This document shows positions 48,083-56,099 of a DNA stretch of 56,099 bases, piece after piece. The DNA lies in the NCBI GenBank assembly GCA_040752415.1, contig JBFMGU010000033.1:1-56099 (forward strand), in the 5' to 3' direction. The DNA comes from Myxococcota bacterium (GTDB lineage: Bacteria > Myxococcota > JACRCW01). Positions within the stretch are counted from its first letter, which is position 1. Every line of letters starts with the position of its first letter. The notes beneath the pieces were generated by a model. The model searched no databases, had not been told where the DNA came from, and saw nothing but the letters and a program-made list of their open reading frames with translations. The position numbers were made by a program, and so were the translations under genes.

Positions 48083-51000
48083 TCACGGGGACGCCAGCGG
48101 CACGGTGAAATGGAACGTGCTGCCCTGGCCCAGGCGGCTCTCCACCCAGATCCGGCCCTGGTGTCCCTGGATGATGCCCCGGCTGATGAACAGCCCCAAC
48201 CCCACCCCGCGCGCCCGCTGCGGCTCGGCGCGCCAGTAGGGGTCGAAGATGCGCGTGAGGTTCTCGGGCGGGATGCCGGGCCCCTCGTCGGTGACGGAGA
48301 AGCGCGCGACGCCCGGCTCCGCCTGCACCGCCAGGGTGATGAGCCCGCCGGCCGGCGTGAACTTCAGCGCGTTGCCGAGCACGTTGGAGAGCACCTGGAG
48401 GATGCGCTCCCGGTCGCAGGAGATGAGGAGCCCGTCGGGCACGCCGGCGCAGCGCAGCTTCACGCCCTGGTCCAGCGCCAGCGCCTCGTGGAACTGCACG
48501 GCCTCGGACACCAGCTCGGCCACGTCGTGGGGCGCCAGGTCCATGGTGAGGCGACCGGCCTGGATGGCCGCCATGTCCAGGAGGTCGCGGATGAGGTGCT
48601 CCATGCGGCTGCTGGCGCGGTGGATGGCCTCCAGGTTCCGGCGACTGGACGGGTCCGTGACGCCCCGGGCCTCGAACCGGCGGCTGATGGCGCTGGCCGA
48701 CATGGTGATGACCGAGAGCGGATTGCGCAGGTCATGCGAGACGATGCCCAGGATGTTCTCCCGCGTCCGCACCGCGCGCTGCTCCGTCTCCAGCAGGCGC
48801 GCGTTCTCCAGCACCAGGCTGGCCTTCCCCAGCACGTCCTCCATCACCGCGCGGTCCCGCTCGTCAAAGGGCCGCGCGCCCGCACCCCGCCCCAGCGTCA
48901 CCGCGCCCAGCGTCTCCCCGCGCACCGCCAGCGGGACCACCATCAGCGAGCGCGTCCCCAGCGCCTCCAGCAGCCGGAGGTGTGACGCGTCGCGGGCGAG
49001 CGCGGCCAGCTGCGCGGGCGTCAGCTCCGCCCCCAGCACCGGCCGACCCGTGCGCAGCACCGCTGGCAGCCCCTCACCCGGTCCCAGCGGGAGCAGCGCG
49101 GTGGCGGGGGGCTTCAGCTGCTGCTCGCGGGCGTGGTCCGCGTGGGCGAACGCCACGAAGTCGCGGTAGCTCTCGGGCCCCTCGCGCATGGCCACGGCGC
49201 ACCACTCGGCCTGGGCGGGCACCAGGAGGCGCACCAGGGTCTGGAGGATCCCGGGCTGATCCAACGGGGCTTGCAGCAGCTCGGCGGCGCTGGCCTTGAA
49301 GCGCAGGTGCTCCTCCAGGCGCTGGCGCTCGCTGATGTCGCGGAGGTGGCCGGTGAAGAGCGGGGGACCGCCCGCGGAGGCGTTGGTGATGGTGAGCTCC
49401 ACCGGCAGCTCCCGGCCATCCTTGGTGACGGCGGGCAGCACCACCCGGCGGTTGAGGTAGCGCTCCTCGCCGGTGGCCAGGTAGCGCGCCAGGCCGCGGT
49501 GGTGGGCGTCCCGCAGGTGGGGCGGAATGATGAGGTCGGCCAGCACCGCGCCCAGGGCCTCCTGCTGCGTCCAGCCAAAGGTACGCTCCGCCGCCGGATT
49601 CCAGCCCGCCACCCGGCCCTGGCCGTCCATGGACACGATGCAATCCGGGGCCAGCTCGACGATGGCGGACTTGTGCGCCTCGCTGCGCCGCACCGCCTCC
49701 TGCGCCTCCACCCGACGCAGGAACTCACCCAGCTGCCGCGCCACGCCGGCGTTCACCTGGATGATGTCGCTGGTGGCGGAGCGGAGCGCGCGGCTGAAGA
49801 ACTCCAGCACTCCCAGCATGCGCCCCTCCACCACCAGGGGAAGGGCGATGGCGCTGCGCAGGCCCTCGGCGTGGGCGGCGGCGGCGCGGGGAAACTCCGG
49901 GTCCTGGGTGACGTCGGTGATCCACTCCACCCGCCCGGAGCGCCAGGCGCGACCCGGCAGCCCCTCCCCGCGGCGGAACGCCAGGCGCCGGCTCAGCTCC
50001 CCGAACACCGGCAGGTGCAGGGAGGGCGCCTCCCAGGTGGCCTCCAGGCGCAGCACCTCCGCGCGCGCGTCCAGCTGCCAGTAGCCACCCGCCTCCCAGC
50101 CAAAGCTCTCCCCCAGGGCGGACAGCAGCGCGGGGATGGCCTCGGTCCAGGTGCTGCACGCGGCCAGGGCGCGCGCGGCGGCGTGGGAGGCGCGTTCCCG
50201 CTCCCGGTGCTGCGCGTGGTCGATGGCCAGTGCAATGCGGTCCACCATGAGGCGGAAGACCAGCTGGTCCTCCTCGGGCAGCTCCGGGTTCCCGCGGGAG
50301 GCCAGCGTGGCCACGCCCAGCAGCTCCTCCCCGTGCAGGATGGGCACCGCGTAACACACCCGCAGCCCCTCCCGACGCAACGCCTCGCGGAACGCCGGGT
50401 CGGCGGAGTCCGCGGTGACCAGGCGGGGCGCGCGCTGGGCGGCCACCGCTCCCGCCACGCCCTCCCCCAGTGCCAGCGAGAAGCGGGGCGGCTCCGCCCG
50501 GGGCAACCCCACGCCCGCGCGCAGCTGCAGCCGCTCCCCCTCCAGCAGCAGGATGGCGGCGGCGTCGGCGTGGGGGCTGGCTTCCCGCAACAGGCCCACC
50601 CCGTCCCGCACCAGCGCGTCCACGCTCTCCGAGCCCAGCGCCACCGCGGCCAGCCGGTCCAGCACCATGAGCACGCGGTGCCGGGTGACGGCGTACTGGG
50701 TCATGGCCACGCCCTCCGCGTCGTCCAACAGCTCGTGGAAGAGCGCCAGGTCGGCGGGGGTGAGGGCGGGCTCGTCGGGGGCAAGGCGGAGCACACCCTG
50801 GCGCAGCAGTGCGTATTCCGCGTGGAGGTCCTGCAGGTCATAGCCGTGGCGCATCCGCTGCCACGCGTGCAGCGCGGTCTCCCGCTCCACCGGCGGCGGC
50901 GTCCGGCCCGCGGTCAGGGCCTCCGCGGTGGTGGCCATCCGTTCCAGGAGCGCGGGGACGTCGTCACGGAGGGCCGGCTGGTCCATCCCCTCGGCCAGGC

Positions 51001-51127
51001 CACGGGCGCGGACCTCCGCCTCCCACGCCGCCAGGATCCGCTCGCGCTCGCGCCGGATGAACCGGGCCAGCGCCGAGGTCTCCGCCCGGCCACCCTCCTC
51101 GCCCGTCTGCGCCTGCGACCCACGCAT
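48083..51127 (-). CDS. Cytoplasmic multi-sensor histidine kinase (RsbRD_N-GAF-GAF-PAS-GAF-HisKA-HATPase)
   Basis: ILAAWE...HAWQRMRHGYDL (RsbRD_N-like), WNPAAERTFGW (PAS), H-box VSHDLRNPL, N-box NVLGNALKF, DEGPGI and GVGLGL. Confidence 0.9.
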   Translation of the reverse strand: MRGSQAQTGEEGGRAETSALARFIRRERERILAAWEAEVRARGLAEGMDQPALRDDVPALLERMATTAEALTAGRTPPPVERETALHAWQRMRHGYDLQDLHAEYALLRQGVLRLAPDEPALTPADLALFHELLDDAEGVAMTQYAVTRHRVLMVLDRLAAVALGSESVDALVRDGVGLLREASPHADAAAILLLEGERLQLRAGVGLPRAEPPRFSLALGEGVAGAVAAQRAPRLVTADSADPAFREALRREGLRVCYAVPILHGEELLGVATLASRGNPELPEEDQLVFRLMVDRIALAIDHAQHRERERASHAAARALAACSTWTEAIPALLSALGESFGWEAGGYWQLDARAEVLRLEATWEAPSLHLPVFGELSRRLAFRRGEGLPGRAWRSGRVEWITDVTQDPEFPRAAAAHAEGLRSAIALPLVVEGRMLGVLEFFSRALRSATSDIIQVNAGVARQLGEFLRRVEAQEAVRRSEAHKSAIVELAPDCIVSMDGQGRVAGWNPAAERTFGWTQQEALGAVLADLIIPPHLRDAHHRGLARYLATGEERYLNRRVVLPAVTKDGRELPVELTITNASAGGPPLFTGHLRDISERQRLEEHLRFKASAAELLQAPLDQPGILQTLVRLLVPAQAEWCAVAMREGPESYRDFVAFAHADHAREQQLKPPATALLPLGPGEGLPAVLRTGRPVLGAELTPAQLAALARDASHLRLLEALGTRSLMVVPLAVRGETLGAVTLGRGAGARPFDERDRAVMEDVLGKASLVLENARLLETEQRAVRTRENILGIVSHDLRNPLSVITMSASAISRRFEARGVTDPSSRRNLEAIHRASSRMEHLIRDLLDMAAIQAGRLTMDLAPHDVAELVSEAVQFHEALALDQGVKLRCAGVPDGLLISCDRERILQVLSNVLGNALKFTPAGGLITLAVQAEPGVARFSVTDEGPGIPPENLTRIFDPYWRAEPQRARGVGLGLFISRGIIQGHQGRIWVESRLGQGSTFHFTVPLASP

Positions 51128-51439
51128 GCCGCTCCCGTCCCGTCGGCTCTGTACGCTGCAAGGGGACGTAGAGAGGGGGAGCGCTGGCGGCAACGCCAAG
51201 GAAGACCTCCTGTCCAAGTTCCTGGTCCTCCCGGCCACGACTTCGCGATGCGCTCCCCCGCGCGCGCGAGCCCGCTTCGCGGGAGACACGCCGGGGTGGG
51301 CCCGCGCACGACGGGTGCCCGGGCCTTGCGGCGCTTGGCGTCGTCGGCTCCCCGCCACGGTGCGCACGTGCCATGTCGGCCAACAGCTTCCGGTCGGCGG
51401 TGGCGGGATTGCCGGCGCCAGGTTTCACGCCACGCTGGG

Positions 51440-51620
51440 TCCTGCACTCGATTGTGGCCTACGGGCCGCTGAGCGGGATCGGCTGCCCGACCGGGGCGGA
51501 TGGTACGACGACGACCCGACCAACCCGCAGCAGATGCTGATCTGCCCCGCCACCTGCGACGCGGTACGCACCACCGCGGGCGCGCAGGTCACGGTGGACC
51601 TGGGGTGCCGGGTGCCCTGA
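51440..51620 (+). pseudogene. C-terminal remnant of a myxobacterial Cys-rich (VWA-associated) protein
   Basis: GGWYDDDPTNPQQMLICPATCDAVRTTAGAQVTVDLGC followed by a stop, with no plausible start or N-terminal body upstream. Confidence 0.6.
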
Positions 51621-51677
51621 GGAGCCGGCTCCCGAGGCGGCGCGGAGGGGCGCGGCGCCGACCCGGGCTCCCGCGCG

Positions 51678-52145
51678 TCAGGCCATCTGGTAGCGGACCA
51701 CGCTCTCCGCCACACACGCCGGCTTGTCGCTGCCTTCCACCTCGATGGTGAAGCGCGTCACCACCTGCCACCAGCCCTTGCCCACGTCCTCCAGCGAGAG
51801 CACCTCCGCGCTGGCGCGCAACCGGGAGCCCACCGGCACCGGCGCGGGGAAACGCACCTTGTTCCACCCGTAGTTCACGCCCAGCCTGTGCCCCCGCGAC
51901 TCGATGAGCTGCCCACGGAACCCGTCGACGAGCGCCAGGGTGAGGTTCCCGTGCGCGATGGTGGTCTGGTAGGGGCTCTCCTTGCGCGCGCGCTCCACGT
52001 CGACGTGGATCCACTGGTCATCCCCGCTGAGCCGCGCAAAGGTGTTGACGTCCTCCTGCGTCAGCGTGCGCCACGGGCTGGGCCCCACCGTCTTCCCCTG
52101 GAGCTGCTGCAGCTCGGCAATGCCATTCACCGTCACAAGTGCCAT
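51678..52145 (-). CDS. MaoC family dehydratase
   Basis: FARLSGDDQWIHVD, TIAHG, VNYGWNKVRFPAPV, and a GGAAGGA RBS. Confidence 0.92.
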   Translation of the reverse strand: MALVTVNGIAELQQLQGKTVGPSPWRTLTQEDVNTFARLSGDDQWIHVDVERARKESPYQTTIAHGNLTLALVDGFRGQLIESRGHRLGVNYGWNKVRFPAPVPVGSRLRASAEVLSLEDVGKGWWQVVTRFTIEVEGSDKPACVAESVVRYQMA

Positions 52146-52163
52146 CCGGTCCTTCCTTCCGTC

Positions 52164-52925
52164 TCAGTCGCGCCACAGGTGCACGCCGCCGGCAATGCCC
52201 GCCTCGTTGGAGACCACCTTCACGTTGTCGGGGAGCTTGAAGCCCAGCTTCTTGGCGTTGCCACCGCCGATGTACAGCGTGTCGAAGTGGGTGAGCCGCT
52301 GCAGCTCCTCCAGCGCCTGCGCCACGCGCTTGTTCCACTTCTTGTTCCCCACCTGCTTGCGCGCCGGCTCGCCCAGCTGCTGGTCATAGGTCTGGCCCTT
52401 GCGGAAGGGATGGTGCGCCAACTCCAGGTGCGGGCCCAGCCTCCCGTCCAGGAAGATGGCCGTCCCAAAACCGGTGCCCAGCGTGATCACCATCTCCATG
52501 CCCACCCCGGAGATCACCGCCAGGCCCTGCACGTCGGCGTCGTTGGCCACGCGCGTGGGCCGGCCCAGCCGCGCGGTCAGCGCGGAAGCCAGGTCAAAGC
52601 CGCTCCAGGCCTTGTGCTTGAGATTGGGCGCGGTGCGCACCACGCCGCCGCGCACCACGCCGGGGAAACCCACGCTGATGCGCTGGTAGCCGGGCAGGGG
52701 CTCCACCAGCCTGGCCAGCGTCTCCACGTACACCTCCGGCGGCGCGCCCACCGGCGTCTCCACGCGCACGCGCTCCACCGTGAGGCGCCCCCGCCCATCC
52801 AGCACGCTGGCCTTCAGCCCCGTGCCGCCCACGTCAATGGCCAGGGTGTGCACCTCCGCCGGCGCGCGTCGCCTGCGGGATGACGTGACGCCGTTCTTCC
52901 GGGACGCCGTGGCAACCATGTTCAC
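52164..52925 (-). CDS. ROK family kinase (polyphosphate glucokinase-like)
   Basis: IDVGGTGLK, VGFPGVV, ANDADVQG, TLGTGFG, LELAH, IGGG. Confidence 0.85.
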   Translation of the reverse strand: MNMVATASRKNGVTSSRRRRAPAEVHTLAIDVGGTGLKASVLDGRGRLTVERVRVETPVGAPPEVYVETLARLVEPLPGYQRISVGFPGVVRGGVVRTAPNLKHKAWSGFDLASALTARLGRPTRVANDADVQGLAVISGVGMEMVITLGTGFGTAIFLDGRLGPHLELAHHPFRKGQTYDQQLGEPARKQVGNKKWNKRVAQALEELQRLTHFDTLYIGGGNAKKLGFKLPDNVKVVSNEAGIAGGVHLWRD

Positions 52926-53090
52926 CTCCCCGCCCGTGCTGTGTCGGGCTGCGTGTGGGGGCCATCCATAGCAGGACCCTGGGCGGATTGGACACGCGCC
53001 CTCGGGTGGCGCGCGTCACGTCGGACGGGACGCCAACGGGTCGTTAGCAATGGGGGAACCTTCCAACCCATTTCCGCCAAGGGGGCTTTC

Positions 53091-55154
53091 ATGCCTTCCC
53101 AACGAGTCATCCGCACGGTGGCGCTGGTGGGCGCCGACGGGGCGGGCAAGACCGCGCTCACCGCCGCCCTGCTCCGCCTGGCCGACGCCGCCCATCACCC
53201 CGACGGCTCCACCCGCCACCTGGACAACGAGCCCGAGGAACAGAAGCGCAACTTCTCCCTCAACATCCACCCCACCACCCTCCTCCACGACGAGCGCCAG
53301 CTCCACGTGCTGGACTGCCCCGGCTTCCCCAACTTCATGGCGGAGGTGGCCTGGGCGCTGCGGGTCTGCGACGGCGCCCTGCTGGCAATGGGCGCGGCCC
53401 AGGGCGCGCGGCTGCACGCGGAGCACTTCTACGACGTGCTGGTGGAGAGCGGCCGCCCCGTGCTGGGCGTGGTGAGCCGCCTGGACCACGAGCGCGCGGC
53501 CTTCGAGTCGGTGGTGGAGGACATTGGCACCGCGCTCAAGGTGCGCCCCGTGCCGCTGCACCTGCCCGTCGGTCACGGGCCCATGCTGCGCGGCCTGGTG
53601 GACCTGTTGACCATGAAGGCCCACCTCACCGAGGGCTTTGGCACCTGGCGCGTGGCGGAGATCCCCCCCAGCCTGCGCGCCGAGGCCGAGCGCTGGCGCA
53701 CCGTGCTGGTGGAGGCCGCCGCGGAATCCGACGACACCCTGCTGGGTCGCTACCTGGAGCGCGGCACGCTGGAGGACGCGGAGATCCACGCCGGGCTGCG
53801 TCGCGCCATGGCGCGCAACCTCATCCTGCCGCTGGCCTGCGAGGCCGCCGCCACCGGCGTGGGCGTGCGCGAGCTGCTGGACCTCATGGTGGACCTGTTG
53901 CCGGGACCGGAGACCATGCGCGTGCGCGGGCTGAACGGCCGCGGCGAGGAGGAGACCCGCGCCCCCGAGGCCAACGCGCCCCTGGCGGCCCAGGTGTTCC
54001 GCACCTCCATTGACCACTTCACCGGGCGCATGAACCACCTGCGCGTCTTCAGCGGCACCCTGCGCGCCGACAGCACCGTGCTCAACCCGCGCACCCGCGC
54101 CGAGGAGCGCGTGGTCCATCTCTACCAGACCGACGGCACCCGCCTGGTCGAGATCACCGAGGCCGGCCCCGGCGAGGTGGTGGTGGTCAGCAAGCTCCGG
54201 GACGTGCGCACCGGCGACACCCTGTGCGCCCGCGACGCCCCCCTGGCCCTGCCCCCGCTCCCCATGCCCGGCCGCACCGTGGCCTACGCGCTGCAGATGG
54301 AGAAGGACGACCGCCAGTCCATGGCCCTGCACCGCCTGCTGGAGGAGGACCCCGCCCTGGAGCTCACCCGCGACGCCGAGACGGGCGAGACCCTGCTGTG
54401 GGGCATGGGGCAGGCCCACATCGACGTCACGGTGGAGCGCGCCCGACGGAAGTTCAACGTGGACCTCCGTCTCAGCCCGCCCTCCCCCGCCTATCACGAG
54501 ACCATCACCGCCACCGCCAAGGGACACGGACGCTACAAGCGCCAGACGGGTGGCCACGGGCAGTACGGCGACGCGCACATCGAGCTCTCGCCGCTGCCGC
54601 GCGGGCGGAACTTCGAGTTCGAGGACGCCATTGTGGGCGGCGTGATTCCGCGCAACTTCATTCCCGCCGTGGAGAAGGGCATCCGGGAGGCCATGGTCAC
54701 CGGGCCGCTGGCCGGGTACCCCGTGGTGGACGTGGCCGCCAAGCTCTACTTCGGCAGCTACCACACCGTGGACAGCAGCGACCTGGCCTTCCAGATCGCC
54801 GGCTCCCTGGCCTTCAAGGAAGCCGTCAAGGAGGCCCGCCCCATCCTGCTGGAGCCCTTCATGCAGCTGGAGGTGGTGGTTCCCGAGGAGATGGTGGGCA
54901 ACGTCATGGGCGACCTCACCTCCCGGCGCGCCAAGGTGCAGGGGATGGAGCCACGCCCCCGCGGGGTCAGCATCCGCGCCGTGTGCCCGTACGCGGAGCT
55001 GCTGGACTACGACGCCGACCTGCGCTCCATGACCCAGGGCGTGGGCTACTTCAGCATGGCCCACTCCCACCATGAGCCCGTGCCGCCCCAGCTGGCGCAG
55101 AAGATCATCGAGCGCCGACGCGCCGAGGGGAAGATCCGCGCGGCCCAAGGATAA
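53091..55154 (+). CDS. Divergent elongation factor G paralog (EF-G2-like)
   Basis: G1 GADGAGKT and G3 DCPG. Domains III-V are intact (EEDP, GMGQAHI, KRQTGGHGQYG, GSYHTVDSS, PILLEP). G2 and G4 are non-canonical. Confidence 0.88.
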   Translation: MPSQRVIRTVALVGADGAGKTALTAALLRLADAAHHPDGSTRHLDNEPEEQKRNFSLNIHPTTLLHDERQLHVLDCPGFPNFMAEVAWALRVCDGALLAMGAAQGARLHAEHFYDVLVESGRPVLGVVSRLDHERAAFESVVEDIGTALKVRPVPLHLPVGHGPMLRGLVDLLTMKAHLTEGFGTWRVAEIPPSLRAEAERWRTVLVEAAAESDDTLLGRYLERGTLEDAEIHAGLRRAMARNLILPLACEAAATGVGVRELLDLMVDLLPGPETMRVRGLNGRGEEETRAPEANAPLAAQVFRTSIDHFTGRMNHLRVFSGTLRADSTVLNPRTRAEERVVHLYQTDGTRLVEITEAGPGEVVVVSKLRDVRTGDTLCARDAPLALPPLPMPGRTVAYALQMEKDDRQSMALHRLLEEDPALELTRDAETGETLLWGMGQAHIDVTVERARRKFNVDLRLSPPSPAYHETITATAKGHGRYKRQTGGHGQYGDAHIELSPLPRGRNFEFEDAIVGGVIPRNFIPAVEKGIREAMVTGPLAGYPVVDVAAKLYFGSYHTVDSSDLAFQIAGSLAFKEAVKEARPILLEPFMQLEVVVPEEMVGNVMGDLTSRRAKVQGMEPRPRGVSIRAVCPYAELLDYDADLRSMTQGVGYFSMAHSHHEPVPPQLAQKIIERRRAEGKIRAAQG

Positions 55155-55461
55155 GAACGGCGAAACCCGGCGAAGGCGTGAAACGGGGGCGCGTACAGGT
55201 ACTGTGGCCTGGGACGCGTTGACACCGGCTGGCGCGCAAGGGTGCCGACGGGATTGGCGGGCCAGGGAGGTGCGCGTTTCCCGTGCCACCGGGCGCATCC
55301 GCCCATCAGGAAGCGGGGCGCGCGGTTCGACGTGACTCGTCTTGGAGGGGCGACGCCGTAACCGGCGTCACCTGTCTCGCTCTGCTCCGCTTGGAGATGA
55401 GCGGGACGGCGGCTCGGCTGTTGGTGGCCGGGTGGACGACGCCGCGTTTGACGGGTCGGGT

Positions 55462-56060
55462 TCGGCGTGGCGCGTGGTACCCGCGTCTCCGTCGACACCC
55501 AGGGTTGTGAGCCCGTGGGTACGGTTGTGTTGCGAGCATGTGCCACGTCGCTGGCTGTCTCGTTCTCGTCGGCGTGGACGTACGGTAACCGCTTCGCGTC
55601 TCCGTTGACACCTGCGGGTTGTGGGCCCGCGGGGATGACCGTGTTGCGAGCATGTGCCACGGCGCTGGCTGTCTCGTTCTCGTCGGCGTGGACGTACGGT
55701 AACCGCTTCGCGTCTCTTGTGACCTCCAGGCCACGAGCCTCCTGAACGGACGGCGCGTGGCGAACGCCTTCCGCATGGCAGGTGGAACTGTCTCGTTCTT
55801 CCGTCGATGACGCGCATGGTACCCGCTCCGCATTCGCTTCTTGGGAAGGGCGCAGGGAGGGGTTGCGAGCGCGATATGCGTTGCTGGTACCGCTGTCTCG
55901 TTCACATCTTCGTTCTCGAGGCGTGGCAACTGGTGTCCGCTTCGCGTTCGCATTCGATGAAAGCGCGAGGGGATGCGTCGCGAGCGCGAGTCGCGTCGCT
56001 GGTACCTGTCTCGAGTTTTCTCGTTCGGCGTCGGCTCGTCTGGTACCCGCTTCGTCTTTC
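55462..56060. repeat. Degenerate tandem array of ~105-120-bp units
   Basis: A 76-nt block at 55527-55602 recurs at 55641-55716 (period 114, 1 mismatch). The motif CTGTCTCG...GGT(A/G)(A/C/T)CCGCT(T/C)CG recurs near 55790, 55895 and 56007. Confidence 0.75.
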
Positions 56061-56099
56061 TCATCTCTTCGGTACCGCCTGCCTTCCGCCTTCCGTCTT

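Noticed and set aside
55527..55716. CRISPR call for the right-edge repeats
   Set aside because: The repeated block (76 nt) and period (114 nt) are too long, and the intervening segments are similar to each other rather than unique.
55306..56064. 252-aa minus-strand ORF with repeated RSGY motifs
   Set aside because: No RBS, Arg/Thr-biased composition, and similar ORFs in the other frames. The DNA repeat explains it better, though coding is not excluded.

Overview
Very GC-rich bacterial window, most likely Myxococcota (inferred from gene content: FrgA/MshEN-like protein, RedB, many Cys-rich lipoproteins). Bases 1-23.7 kb are mostly surface lipoproteins: a ~3,040-aa repeat adhesin, a Ser-linker protein, an M66-like protease, EF-hand, RTX and PPC proteins. 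This part also has a RedB plus kinase-less membrane sensor module, an orphan tryptophan halogenase and an orphan NuiA-like inhibitor. Bases 23.7-34.9 kb form a defence island: a cas-less, degenerate 3-repeat CRISPR-like mini-array directly downstream of an HNH-type Lamassu (ABC three-component) operon, then a Tat flavin amine oxidase and a complete Wadjet jetABCD. The right half carries a transglutaminase/TPR protein, a Sel1 protein, LysR with an SDR, an MNT-HEPN pair, asnS, a LamG lipoprotein, an orphan multi-GAF/PAS kinase, MaoC, a ROK kinase and a divergent EF-G paralog. The non-coding structure is rich: four copies of a MITE-like family sit at or next to TGA stop codons, there is a 240-bp REPIN-like inverted repeat, and a degenerate ~114-bp tandem array lies at the right edge. 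All family calls are from motif recognition by eye; no searches were run.
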